Shown: positions 49,046 through 58,991 of the stretch, in pieces
How the letters are laid out: every line of letters starts with the position of its first letter
Numbering within the stretch: position 1 is the stretch's first letter
Assembly (NCBI GenBank): GCA_963695555.1
Contig: CAVOGR010000002.1
Coordinates: 448,001 to 512,000, forward strand
DNA length: 64,000 nt
DNA from: an uncultured Gemmatimonadales bacterium
GTDB lineage: Bacteria > Gemmatimonadota > Gemmatimonadetes > Gemmatimonadales > GWC2-71-9
Direction: 5' to 3'
The notes under the pieces: generated by a model
Database searches by the model: none
The model's input: only the letters and a program-made list of their open reading frames with translations
Told to the model about the DNA's origin: nothing
Made by a program: the position numbers and the translations under genes

Positions 49046-49810
49046 TTACACGGGGATAATGAGACTGCAGCATGTTACCCCGCCCTCGGCTTTGCTCAAC
49101 TCGGAAAGATCCACCGGCACCACCCTGATACCCAGACGGCAAAGCCGATCCCGGGTATGCTCGAAGGCGGCAGGGTAGACGACCGAGTCGCGGATCCTGA
49201 GGGCGTTGGCGGCATGGGGCTCGGTTGGATCGACCTCGACCAGCCGCATGCCGCGAAAGGCGTCACTGTCCACCCAGGTGCGATTGATGAGCACGGTGTC
49301 CGGCGCAACCTGTGTCACTGCGGATTTTAAGTGGAGGCACCCATCGACCGCCACGATCGTGACCCGATAGCCGAGGGGTTCGAGCACGTGGCGAATCTGT
49401 GCGACCCCTGACGCGGAGGTGCGCGACGACAACCCGACATACACTTGGCGGCCAATGACCAGGACATCTCCGCCATCGACCGTGGCTGGCTCCTCAATGA
49501 ACACAAGGTCTCGATAGAGCCGGAGCGCTTCGGCGATGGCGCTCGTTTCGGCACGGCGCGAGACCGCCCCTGGCCGTGTGATGACGGCCAGTTCATCCAA
49601 CACGACACCGACATCCTCGACGAAAACGGAATCCGGGAGCTCCGGCTCGGCCGGCAGGCGGACCACCTCTACACCGAGGCTCGTGAGACACCGCAAGTAA
49701 TCCTCGTGCTCGAGGGCGGCGCGTGCAGCATCGATCGGCTGGCGGGCGAGGTGGGTGAGTTCGCACGCATCGAGACTGGGACTTACGTCTCGCACGATCG
49801 CTATGGTCAT
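49046..49810 (-). CDS. ddaH: Dimethylarginine dimethylaminohydrolase family protein
   Basis: PDSVFVED, RPGAVSRRAE, DGGDV, LHLKS, GGVTCCS. Confidence 0.9.
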   Translation of the reverse strand: MTIAIVRDVSPSLDACELTHLARQPIDAARAALEHEDYLRCLTSLGVEVVRLPAEPELPDSVFVEDVGVVLDELAVITRPGAVSRRAETSAIAEALRLYRDLVFIEEPATVDGGDVLVIGRQVYVGLSSRTSASGVAQIRHVLEPLGYRVTIVAVDGCLHLKSAVTQVAPDTVLINRTWVDSDAFRGMRLVEVDPTEPHAANALRIRDSVVYPAAFEHTRDRLCRLGIRVVPVDLSELSKAEGGVTCCSLIIPV

Positions 49811-50037
49811 GGCGCCGCAACGGAATCTTCACGGGCCCGCCGCGCTTCCGCCGAGTCGGCCGCGCGAAGAGCTCCGCGTACTCCTGCCGCTCCCGGGAGT
49901 TGGGACTCCCCGATAGCACTGTCCCGCGCACGCTGGGCATCGGGCGCGTCGGTATGCACCCGTTCCCCGGAGGAGCAACCAAGGCCGGCCACCAAGAGCA
50001 CTCCGGAGGCCACCCGGCAGAATATCATCGCTTTCAT
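49807..50037 (-). CDS. Small lipoprotein
   Basis: MKAMIF...VAGLGC lipobox; overlaps both neighbours by 4 nt. Confidence 0.7.
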   Translation of the reverse strand: MKAMIFCRVASGVLLVAGLGCSSGERVHTDAPDAQRARDSAIGESQLPGAAGVRGALRAADSAEARRAREDSVAAP

Positions 50038-50918
50038 CGACGCACCGTCACCTTCTGAGGGATCACTCGTTCTTTGGTGACAATAGCGATGCCGACTCCC
50101 CCGAGAATGAGCACGGCCGAGAGCACCAAGCGGAGCGACACGCCTTCTGACAGGAAGAATACTCCTCCTAGTGCTGCCAAGACCGGCACGGACAGCTGCA
50201 CCGTTGCCGCTCGCGTTCTCGTGAGGCCTCGGAGTGCCGCATACCATATGGCGTATCCCAAACCGGATGCCAGCGCTCCGGAAAGAATCGCCAAAAGAAT
50301 GCCAGGGCCGGACAGGCTCACCTGTGACCGCGCCGCCAGGCTCACTCCTAAGACTAGCGGGACGGCCCGGGCGAAGTTGCCGGTGGTGTCCGCCAGGGGG
50401 TGTACGGTGCTGCGGCCCCAAAGCGAGTAGAGCCCCCAGGAGATGCCAGCCACGGCCATGAGCAGTGATCCGATGGGCGAGGGTGCCGTGAGCCCGGGGA
50501 ACACGAGGTACACCAAGCCGACAAACGCCAGGAGGAGTCCGACCCATTGCCAGGCGTGAGGCCGCTCGCCGGAGCCCAGTGCCGCGAGGATCATGGTGAC
50601 CTGAACCATGCCGAACAGGATGAGCGCCCCGGTTCCGGTGCTGAGGCTCAAGTACGCGAACGAAAAGGGCACGGCATACGAGAACAACATGAGAGCGGAT
50701 GTCCAGCTGCCGCGAAACACGGGCCCGCCTCTCCGGCGGTTCAGGGATGAGACCAGGAGCAGCGTCGCGGCGCCAGACACGACTCGGATAGTGGCAAAGC
50801 TGGACGCGTCGATCGAGGCTCGGCCCAACGCCATCCGGGTGAGCACCGAATTGGCCGCAAACGCGATGAGGGCGAACAGTGTCAGTGCGAGGGTCCGCAC
50901 CGTCTGAGCTGCCGTCAC
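50034..50918 (-). CDS. DMT/EamA transporter
   Basis: Ten TM segments in two EamA repeats. Confidence 0.9.
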   Translation of the reverse strand: MTAAQTVRTLALTLFALIAFAANSVLTRMALGRASIDASSFATIRVVSGAATLLLVSSLNRRRGGPVFRGSWTSALMLFSYAVPFSFAYLSLSTGTGALILFGMVQVTMILAALGSGERPHAWQWVGLLLAFVGLVYLVFPGLTAPSPIGSLLMAVAGISWGLYSLWGRSTVHPLADTTGNFARAVPLVLGVSLAARSQVSLSGPGILLAILSGALASGLGYAIWYAALRGLTRTRAATVQLSVPVLAALGGVFFLSEGVSLRLVLSAVLILGGVGIAIVTKERVIPQKVTVRR

Positions 50919-51307
50919 TGACCCTCTTCACCGAGCGGCTGCCACAGCTCGATCTTGTTCCCATCGGGGTCGTAACACCAGCCGAACCGCCCGTACTCGT
51001 AATCTTCAATCTTGTCGTCGACCCTAATCCCTGCCGCTCGGAGCTGCTGGAGAAGTCCTTCCAGGTCGTCCACTCGGAAGTTGACCATGAATCCGGCATC
51101 ACTCGGATCGAAATAGGTCGATTCGTCCGGGAATATGCTCCATACCGTGCTGCCGACCCGATTGGGGTCGTCCAGCTGCCGCCAGCGGAACGCATGGCCG
51201 CCGTAGTCCTCTGGCTCGACCCCCAAATGCTCGTCGTACCACCGGCGCAACTCCTTTGCCTGCTTTGACTTGAAGAAAATTCCGCCGATTCCGGTGACTC
51301 GGGGCAT
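50915..51307 (-). CDS. VOC/glyoxalase family protein
   Basis: RVTGIGGIFFK...NFRVDDL...DPDGNKIELW; GGGAGG RBS. Confidence 0.9.
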   Translation of the reverse strand: MPRVTGIGGIFFKSKQAKELRRWYDEHLGVEPEDYGGHAFRWRQLDDPNRVGSTVWSIFPDESTYFDPSDAGFMVNFRVDDLEGLLQQLRAAGIRVDDKIEDYEYGRFGWCYDPDGNKIELWQPLGEEGQ

Positions 51308-51492
51308 CCGTCCCTCCCAGGCTATTAGATCCATTGCTCGCTCACCGACCGCCCACTGCCATGTGGCAGGATGCCGATTGCCCGTGACGCCCGCAAGCCT
51401 CCGGGGCTCGGAGCCGTCCCCAAGCACCTGTTCACACGAGCTTAAAGGTCTCTTCATCCTGGGTGGGGTAATCTCCGACGAGGAGACTCCTG

Positions 51493-53742
51493 ATGATCGA
51501 AATCCGTATTCATGGCCGCGGCGGTCAGGGCGGGGTAACGCTGGCGAAGATCATCGCCACCACCCGGTTCTTAAAGGGCCAATCGGTCCAGGCCTTCGGG
51601 CTCTACGCGGCCGAGCGCTCGGGGGCGCCGCTCCAAGCCTTTTGCCGGTACGACACGGAACCGATCACCAATCGCAATTTGATTTACGAGCCCGATCACG
51701 TCATCGTGCTCGACCCTACCCTGGTAGGTCCGGCCATCACCGGAGGACTCAAGGCAGGCGGGTGGATCCTGTTCAACTCCCCCGAGCCGCCGGCCCACTT
51801 CGCAGCAGACTATCCCTCCCACCGAATCGCCACGGTCGACGCGACGGCCATCGCGCTGGAGCATCACCTCGGCACCCGGAGCGTCCCGATCGTCAATACG
51901 GCGCTGGCCGGCGCCGCGGGGCGGATGCTTGGTTTCGACCTCGAGGACATAAACGCGGCACTCGAGCACCTCGGTTTCACCGGTGCGAATCTCACGGCGG
52001 CCGCCCAGGCCAACGAGCACGTTCGACTGCTGGAGGTTGCTCAACCTGACGAAGCTGCCCCTACCGCCGCTCCCCCGTTGGCTAAGGCTCGCGCACCGGG
52101 ATTCCTCGGTGGACTCGGCGGTGAGTTTCCCCGCATCACGACCGGGCAGTGGGCCACTGAGCAGCCCAAGCGCCAGCAGATGGTACCGCCCTGCAACCAC
52201 GTGTGCCCGGCCGGAAACGACGTCCAAGGCTTCCTGCACGCACTGGCCCACGACCAAACGGACGAGGCGCTGGCCATCCTGCTCCGCACCTCGCCGTTTC
52301 CAGCGGTGTGCGGCCGGGTCTGCCCGGCGCCGTGCATGGACAATTGCAACCGCATCGGTCTCGACGGCGCCGTCAACGTGCGACAGCTCGAACGGTTTGC
52401 CGGCGATCACGGTCATGCCGACGTGGAAGCCATCGATCAGCGCGATGAGCACGTGGCCATCGTCGGGTCGGGCCCGGCGGGCTTGAGCGCGGCGTATCAC
52501 CTCGCCCGATTCGGGTACCGGGTGACCGTGTACGAGGGTGCCCCCGACATAGGCGGGCTACTGCGCTCCGGCATTCCCACCTTCAGGCTCCCGGCCGAGG
52601 TGCTGGACCGAGAGATCGGCCGAATCCTGGCGCTCGGAGTCACGGCCGAGACCGATCATCGGATCGACCGCCCGCGCCTCTTGGAGATGGCTCGGTCGCA
52701 TGACGCTGTGCTCGTGGCAACGGGTCTCCAGGAACTGCGGGGCCTTCGGTTGGGTGTTGCCGACTCTGACGCGGTGGTGCAGGGAATCGATTTCCTCGAT
52801 CGGGCGCACCGAGGCGAGGTGAGGGTCGACGGCGAAGACGTCCTCGTGGCCGGCGGCGGCAACACCGCGATGGATGCTGCACGCTCGGCGCTCCGCCTGG
52901 GTGCCTCGAGTGTCCGGGTGGTCTACCGGCGGACCCGGGCCGAGATGCCCGCAATTCGCGAAGAGGTGGATGAGGCGCTCGAGGAAGGTATAGAGATGGA
53001 CTTCCTCACTCAGCCGGTGGCTCTCGCCGATCATAGCGTCGGGACGGAAGGCCGGGCGCGCTTTCGGCTCACCTGCCGCCGGATGCAGCTTGGCGAGCCG
53101 GATGCCTCGGGACGCCGGGCTCCGGTGGAGGTGCCCGATTCCAACTTCGATATTTCCTGCCACCGGCTGATTCTGGCGCTTGGCCAATCGGCCGACCTGA
53201 CGGTATTCCCGGAAGGCACCGAAGTACGGGAAGGGGAGCACCTACTGGGCCTACTCGAAACCCCGGTCTATGCCATCGGCGACCTGGCCACCTACGACGG
53301 CACGGTGGCCGGTGCGATCGGCAGCGGCCGGCGCTCGGCCTTTCACATTCACGAGGCCCTGAGCGGCGAGTTGCTGGAGGTGCACGCACACGCCGAAGCA
53401 CGCCGCCACGTCGACGTGTGGCATGACGAGGTGATCAACGCTGGGGCCATGAAGCTCCATCTGTTCGAACGAACGGCGCCGAGCGCCGGCACCACCGTGC
53501 CTATGACCACCCGCCGCTCCACCTTCGACGAAATCCATCAGGGCCTGACCGATGCGCGGGAGGCCAAGCGCTGTCTGTCCTGCGGGGTCTGCAATGAGTG
53601 CGATCTCTGCGTGACCTATTGCCCGGAAGGCGTGCTCAAGCGGGTGGGGCACGAGTTCGTGTTCGACTACTCCTTCTGTAAAGGCTGCGGCGTGTGCGCG
53701 TCCGAGTGTCCGCGGAACGTGATTTTCATGAGTCACCTGTGA
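51493..53742 (+). CDS. 2-oxoacid oxidoreductase gamma subunit fused to a GltD/DsrL-like flavoprotein and a 2[4Fe-4S] ferredoxin
   Basis: HGRGGQG...ERSGAP; PCNHVCP...CGRVCPAPCMDNC; GSGPAG; GGGNTAMD, YRRT; CLSCGVCNECDLCVTYCP and CKGCGVCASECP. Confidence 0.9.
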   Translation: MIEIRIHGRGGQGGVTLAKIIATTRFLKGQSVQAFGLYAAERSGAPLQAFCRYDTEPITNRNLIYEPDHVIVLDPTLVGPAITGGLKAGGWILFNSPEPPAHFAADYPSHRIATVDATAIALEHHLGTRSVPIVNTALAGAAGRMLGFDLEDINAALEHLGFTGANLTAAAQANEHVRLLEVAQPDEAAPTAAPPLAKARAPGFLGGLGGEFPRITTGQWATEQPKRQQMVPPCNHVCPAGNDVQGFLHALAHDQTDEALAILLRTSPFPAVCGRVCPAPCMDNCNRIGLDGAVNVRQLERFAGDHGHADVEAIDQRDEHVAIVGSGPAGLSAAYHLARFGYRVTVYEGAPDIGGLLRSGIPTFRLPAEVLDREIGRILALGVTAETDHRIDRPRLLEMARSHDAVLVATGLQELRGLRLGVADSDAVVQGIDFLDRAHRGEVRVDGEDVLVAGGGNTAMDAARSALRLGASSVRVVYRRTRAEMPAIREEVDEALEEGIEMDFLTQPVALADHSVGTEGRARFRLTCRRMQLGEPDASGRRAPVEVPDSNFDISCHRLILALGQSADLTVFPEGTEVREGEHLLGLLETPVYAIGDLATYDGTVAGAIGSGRRSAFHIHEALSGELLEVHAHAEARRHVDVWHDEVINAGAMKLHLFERTAPSAGTTVPMTTRRSTFDEIHQGLTDAREAKRCLSCGVCNECDLCVTYCPEGVLKRVGHEFVFDYSFCKGCGVCASECPRNVIFMSHL

Positions 53743-53753
53743 GGATGTGAGCG

Positions 53754-54944
53754 ATGGCACTCGAGCTGGTTACCGGCAATCATGCAGCTGGTTATGCCTT
53801 GAGCGTCGCGGGCGAGGCGAACCGATCGGCGCGCGGCGCTGCCTGCGGCATTTATCCTATCACGCCCCAAACCGAGATCGTCGAGTACGTCGCCAAGTTT
53901 CCATTCACCAAGGGCAGGGTGGTGCCGGTCGAGAGCGAGCACAGTGCCATGGGTGTTTCGATCGGCGCTTCGCTCGCCGGCGCGCGATCCTTCACGGCGA
54001 GCTCGTCCAACGGGCTCGCGTACATGACCGAGAACATCATGGTGGCCGGCTTCTACCGGCTGCCTATCGTGATGGTTGCGGTGAATCGCACGCTCGGCCC
54101 GCCCTGGAATATCTGGGCCGACCAGGGCGATACGTTGATGCTGCGCGACTTCCCCTGGATCCAGTTCTACTGCGAGGACAACCAGGACGTGTTCGACACG
54201 ACGCTCCTGGCCTTTCGGCTGGCGGAGGACCACCGCATCCTCCTGCCCGCGATGGTGGCCATGGACGCGTTCATCATTTCCCACACCCAAATGGAAACTC
54301 AGTGTCCGGAACAGGAACAAGTCGATCGTTTCCTCCCTCTGCTCGACCTGCCTCACCGCATGCGGCAGGAGCACCCGACCACCATGGGTGGCTTGGTCTG
54401 GCCGCTCGAAGGGATGTCGCAGCGATTGGAGATCGACGAGGCGATGGCCCGAGTTCCTGAGGTCTACGAGGAGTGCCGCGAGGCCTTTCGCGGGGAGTTT
54501 GAGCGCGATGTCGGCGGCACGATCGAGACCTTCGGTACCGACGATGCCGACCTCGTCGTCATCACGTCGGGCACCATCGCCAGTACTGCCCGAGAGGTGG
54601 TGCGTCGTCGTCGCCAGAGGGGCGAGCGGATCGGGTACATCAAGATCAGGCTCTACCGGCCGTTTCCCGAGGCGGCGATCGTCGAGCACTGCCGGACGGC
54701 AAAGAAGATCGCCGTGCTCGATCGCAACTACGCGGCCGGGCAGGGGGGCATCTTCTGGCAGGACATCCGGGCCGCGTTTCAGGGCCGCCGGGACGATCTT
54801 CTGATTCAGGATTACCTGACCGGGCTGTGCGGCGGCGACGTGACGCCGGTCATGATCGACGCGATCATCGACGACCTCGGCGGCCGGCGAGAGGCGGGCA
54901 GCCCGATGTGGATGGGAATCGATGCCGCCGTGGAGGTCACCTGA
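53754..54944 (+). CDS. 2-oxoacid oxidoreductase alpha subunit (PorA-like)
   Basis: YPITPQT, ESEHSAM, RLYRPFP. Confidence 0.92.
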   Translation: MALELVTGNHAAGYALSVAGEANRSARGAACGIYPITPQTEIVEYVAKFPFTKGRVVPVESEHSAMGVSIGASLAGARSFTASSSNGLAYMTENIMVAGFYRLPIVMVAVNRTLGPPWNIWADQGDTLMLRDFPWIQFYCEDNQDVFDTTLLAFRLAEDHRILLPAMVAMDAFIISHTQMETQCPEQEQVDRFLPLLDLPHRMRQEHPTTMGGLVWPLEGMSQRLEIDEAMARVPEVYEECREAFRGEFERDVGGTIETFGTDDADLVVITSGTIASTAREVVRRRRQRGERIGYIKIRLYRPFPEAAIVEHCRTAKKIAVLDRNYAAGQGGIFWQDIRAAFQGRRDDLLIQDYLTGLCGGDVTPVMIDAIIDDLGGRREAGSPMWMGIDAAVEVT

Positions 54945-55882
54945 TGACCGCCGGTACGGAGCGCGAGCCGCTGCCCGGCCGAGTCGAGGAGGGGCTGTCG
55001 ATCCCGTGCAGCGAGGATTGCCTGCTCCGGCCGGGGAATACCAACTGCGGCGGCTGCGGCATGAGCGTTGGCCTGACCATGCTTGGCCGCGTACTCGCCG
55101 ATTCCGGTGATACCTGCAGCCTGGTGATCCCGGCCTGCTGTGGCATCGTCACGGCCGGGGGCTTTCCAACCACGAGCTACGGGGTGCCGGTCGTGGCCTC
55201 CACGTTCGCCGCCGCGCCCGCGTTCGCGAGCGGCATGGCGAGCGTGCGGGACCTCAATGGGGAAAGCGGGCAGGTCATCTGCTGGGCAGGCGATGGTGGG
55301 ACATACGACATCGGCATCGCAGCCCTCTCCGCAGCCGCCGAGCGGAACGAGAACATCATTTACATCTGCTACGACAACGAGATTTATGGGAACACCGGCG
55401 GGCAGCGATCGTCGGCGACGCCGCCCGGTGCCCGGACCAGCACGACCCCGGCGGGCAAACGCGAGGGCAAGAAGGACATCATGTCGATCATGGCGGCCCA
55501 TCGTATTCCGTATGTGGCCACGCTCTCCATTGGGCATCCGGAAGACTATGCCAGGAAGATTCGCACGGCTCTCTCGCTCGAGGGAATGCGTTTCTTGTTG
55601 CTGCACTCCCCGTGCCCCACGGGGTGGAAGTCGGAGCCGGCCGAGTCGCTGCTCCTGGTACGGTTAGCGGTCGCGAGCGGGCTCTTCCCGCTCTACGAGG
55701 TGTGGGATGGCAGGACCTATCGGATCAGCCTCGAGCCCGACTGGACCGACCCGGCGGAGTACTTTTCGCGCCAGAACCGCTTCTCGGACCACTTGATCGA
55801 TCTCGATGCAACCAGGCGAGCATGCCGTGAGGATTTCGAGCGACTGCGCATTCTCGCTGACCAATTTCCCCACGGCAGGTAG
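54944..55882 (+). CDS. 2-oxoacid oxidoreductase beta subunit, ThDP-binding (PorB-like)
   Basis: CGGCG, GDGG...DNEIYGNTGGQ, PCPTGW. Confidence 0.92.
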   Translation: MTAGTEREPLPGRVEEGLSIPCSEDCLLRPGNTNCGGCGMSVGLTMLGRVLADSGDTCSLVIPACCGIVTAGGFPTTSYGVPVVASTFAAAPAFASGMASVRDLNGESGQVICWAGDGGTYDIGIAALSAAAERNENIIYICYDNEIYGNTGGQRSSATPPGARTSTTPAGKREGKKDIMSIMAAHRIPYVATLSIGHPEDYARKIRTALSLEGMRFLLLHSPCPTGWKSEPAESLLLVRLAVASGLFPLYEVWDGRTYRISLEPDWTDPAEYFSRQNRFSDHLIDLDATRRACREDFERLRILADQFPHGR

Positions 55883-55964
55883 GCAGCCGGACCACTGGGC
55901 GGTCTGGCGCTCCTCGTTGGAACACGGTCAAGTCTCGCAGGCACGCTCGAGCGGGCCAGTTCCA

Positions 55965-57086
55965 CTAGGTTGCTGAGGCAGACCGTTCCGCTAGGTGATA
56001 GTAAAGACCCTCGATCTGATCGACCATCCGATGGGCGCAGTAGCGTGCTTGGATGATCCTCCTGACTCGCTGCGCTTCGCGCCGCGCGCCGGCCGCATCA
56101 CTTAGGAGTGAGACGAGCTCGTCGGCGAGATGTTGTGTCGTGATTCTGACCCGGTCAGGGCCATGATCGGCAAAGCACACCGACCGAGCCTCCTCGTAGT
56201 TATCGCCGGTTACGGTTCCGAAATAGCCGGTCCGACCGAACGCTACCGTCGGTGTGCCACTCGCGAGTGACTCGACCGCCGTGGTTGCGGTCGCCACCAC
56301 GACATCCCCCGCACTTAGTACCAGCGGCATGTCGCGGCGTAGGCCGGACACCACGACCGCACATTCTCCCAGCAGGCGATTGACGCTCGCTGCCTCCGCA
56401 CTGATGAGCCCGAATTGGCTGCCTGCTCCCACGAGGACGAGCCTCGCGTCGGGGATGCGGCGGCGCACCAGTGGCAGGGCTGAGAGTAACGCGAGCGCGG
56501 GCTGCGCCTTTCGGGGACTAAAGCGGGTCACGTTGAGGATGATTGGCGTGCCGTCCACTCCCCACTGGGCACGAATCGGCAAGGCGTCGAGGCCAGGCCT
56601 GAAGCGATCAGTGTCCACACCGAGGAAGCTGACGATCACGTGCTCGCTCGATACCCCGAATGCCCCACAGATGCCGTCCCGATCAGCCTCGCTTACCGTC
56701 AGCACGGTCTTGCTCCACCCACCGAAAACGGCTCGCTTCCACCAGGGCCGTGGGCCATGCACCGACATCACGTAGGGTACGTTGAGGCCGCGGGCCAGGG
56801 GCGCGGCGACACGGGCGGCACGGTAGTTGTGGGCATGCACGATATCCGCGCCGAGAGGGGTCAGGGCCTCGATGAGGTCAGGCAGCCGCTTGCTCTTGAA
56901 GGGAATCGTCACCACCTCGGCGCCGGCGGCCTCTGCCTCCTCACCGCAGACGCCCTTATCCTGGGCAACCAATACCACGCGATGGCCCCGGCTCAGAAGC
57001 CCCTTGGTCAGGCAGCAGACGTGGGTCTCCACCCCGCCGATGCCTAGCCTTCCCGTCACCTCGACTATGCTGAGTGGATCTGACAT
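55965..57086 (-). CDS. GT4 glycosyltransferase
   Basis: GGVETHV, VHAHN, GVDTDRF, ESLASGTP. Confidence 0.88.
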   Translation of the reverse strand: MSDPLSIVEVTGRLGIGGVETHVCCLTKGLLSRGHRVVLVAQDKGVCGEEAEAAGAEVVTIPFKSKRLPDLIEALTPLGADIVHAHNYRAARVAAPLARGLNVPYVMSVHGPRPWWKRAVFGGWSKTVLTVSEADRDGICGAFGVSSEHVIVSFLGVDTDRFRPGLDALPIRAQWGVDGTPIILNVTRFSPRKAQPALALLSALPLVRRRIPDARLVLVGAGSQFGLISAEAASVNRLLGECAVVVSGLRRDMPLVLSAGDVVVATATTAVESLASGTPTVAFGRTGYFGTVTGDNYEEARSVCFADHGPDRVRITTQHLADELVSLLSDAAGARREAQRVRRIIQARYCAHRMVDQIEGLYYHLAERSASAT

Positions 57087-57176
57087 GTTCCCCTATGGGC
57101 GAGTTCCGGGTTTCGCCTATGTTACGCGACCGGCTGGAATCACGCCAGAAGGCACTGGAGGCGAGGCGCGTGAGCC

Positions 57177-57827
57177 ATGTGGTGGAATGACCCAAGATGT
57201 GTTCACATACACATCCCGAAGACCGGAGGAAACAGCATCACCGCAGCACTCCGCTCTGCGTGGGCCCGTAAGCCCCTGTCCGAACGGGTCGTGCTCCGGC
57301 TGCGCCACGCGGGCCAGGCGCCGGCCGCCGTCGGTCGATTCCACAAACATGCCAAGGCCCGAGACATTTACGGTGTTGTGGGCGAGCATGCCTGGCATGG
57401 GCGCTTCAGCTTCACGGTGGTTCGCAATCCATGGGACCTCATGGTTTCGAGCTATCACTGGTGGCTCAATCGCGCCGCTCGATGGAAACACCTTCACGGC
57501 CATGTCCGGGCTGTTACGGCCCTTGGCTCGTTTTCGCGTTTCATGGATTCGCCCTATGGACGCGAGCGCATCAACGAACAAATAGGCAACTTCCACGACT
57601 GGATCTGCAACGCTGAGGGCAGGGTGTTGGTCGAGATGGCCTGTCGGTTCGAACGACTCGAGGAAGATTGGCAGGCGATTGCGACACGGCTCGGACTCCA
57701 GGTCCCTTTGCCTCATCTGAATCGGGGGAACCGTGGGACCTACCGCGACTACTATGACAGGTCATCCAAGCGGATTGTCGCCGAGCGCTTCGCTTGGGCG
57801 ATAGACTATTTCGAGTATTTGTTCTGA
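57177..57827 (+). CDS. Sulfotransferase (Sulfotransfer_2-like)
   Basis: HIPKTGGNS (5'-PSB) and RNPWDLMVSSY (3'-PB). Confidence 0.88.
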   Translation: MWWNDPRCVHIHIPKTGGNSITAALRSAWARKPLSERVVLRLRHAGQAPAAVGRFHKHAKARDIYGVVGEHAWHGRFSFTVVRNPWDLMVSSYHWWLNRAARWKHLHGHVRAVTALGSFSRFMDSPYGRERINEQIGNFHDWICNAEGRVLVEMACRFERLEEDWQAIATRLGLQVPLPHLNRGNRGTYRDYYDRSSKRIVAERFAWAIDYFEYLF

Positions 57828-57841
57828 CTCGTCCGACATTG

Positions 57842-58951
57842 CTATTGTAATCGCGCGAGGATGGTCTGCGCTCGCTGCTCCACCGAATACGTCTCGAACA
57901 ATTGCTGAATCGCCGCAGGCTGGATGGGGTAGTCGTGTGCATGATCGAAAGCGTGAGCGAGCTCGTCCGGGCTGTCCGGGCGGAAGAAGCACACGTGTCG
58001 AGCGTCGAACACATCACGATAGGCTGGGGTATCGGACACGATGGAGGTGAGCCCGCTCTCTAAATAATCAACCACCTTCATCCCCTCCTGCATCGCCACG
58101 CCGAAGCGGTACTTGGTCAGTTCGCGCGCGAGAGTTGCTGGCCGCTGCCAGCCATGGAAGGTTAGACGTTCTCCACACGGACGCGCTGCCACCTGGCGTT
58201 GCAGCTCGGCGATCTGCTCGCGTTCACCACCATACACGTTTACGTGGACATCTGTCTGCACCCGGTCGAGCGCATCCAACAAGCAGTCGACGAGCTTGTC
58301 TTCCGAGAGACTTCCTGCGTAGACAAAGCCTCGGCCTGTCGTCGGCGCCTCAGCTGGACGACGACGTAGTCCATACCACAGGTGCTCAGTATTCCGTAGC
58401 GCCAGGTCTCGCCGAGCCAGCGTCATCGAATGCCGGTGAAGGAAGAACAAGCAGTCCGCCTTCCGGTAGACCCGCCGGATAAGTGCGACGGACTCGTTCC
58501 GTTCTGCGAAGCGCTGTCGGACCTCGGCGTAGGGCGACCCGTCGAGGGGCTCCTTGTTGAAGTATCCCATCTTCTTATGAGACTCGAAAAAGATCCTCCG
58601 CTGGTGTATCCACCGATAACGGATGAGCCTGCGGGCCATCACGTACGAACGCGTGTAGAACACAGCCCCTTCGGGTGCGTTGGCCAGGATCTCCCGAAGC
58701 GCGAGCGGGAAGGAGAGACCCCGGAGCCTCCTGCCCGGCATGGTTATCACCCGGATTCGCGGTCCGAATTCCACATCGTAAAAGTCGCGGATTGCTTTGG
58801 GCAGTTCTGCTAACGGAACCGAGAGAGAGCCAACGACCAACAACACGTCGGTGTGATTACCGAGTGCGCCTACCGTTCTCGTGACCTGAATGGAATGGAC
58901 CCGGGCTGTCGGATAGCCCTCCATGGGTTGGAGGTAAATCAAGGATGGCAT
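57842..58951 (-). CDS. GT4-like glycosyltransferase
   Basis: ARVHSIQV, FESH, YAGSLSEDK, KVVDYLESG. Confidence 0.8.
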   Translation of the reverse strand: MPSLIYLQPMEGYPTARVHSIQVTRTVGALGNHTDVLLVVGSLSVPLAELPKAIRDFYDVEFGPRIRVITMPGRRLRGLSFPLALREILANAPEGAVFYTRSYVMARRLIRYRWIHQRRIFFESHKKMGYFNKEPLDGSPYAEVRQRFAERNESVALIRRVYRKADCLFFLHRHSMTLARRDLALRNTEHLWYGLRRRPAEAPTTGRGFVYAGSLSEDKLVDCLLDALDRVQTDVHVNVYGGEREQIAELQRQVAARPCGERLTFHGWQRPATLARELTKYRFGVAMQEGMKVVDYLESGLTSIVSDTPAYRDVFDARHVCFFRPDSPDELAHAFDHAHDYPIQPAAIQQLFETYSVEQRAQTILARLQ

Positions 58952-58991
58952 CACAGTGCCCCCAACTCGAGCGACGGGATAGCGCACCACC

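Noticed and set aside
49807..51195. 462-aa ORF in the track
   Set aside because: It is an off-frame shadow of the VOC and EamA genes; only the last 76 codons look like a real lipoprotein.
51357..51381. CTGCCATGTGGCAG palindrome and TGGCA...TTGC upstream of the oxidoreductase operon
   Set aside because: The sigma54 spacing is wrong, and the short GC-rich palindrome is expected by chance.
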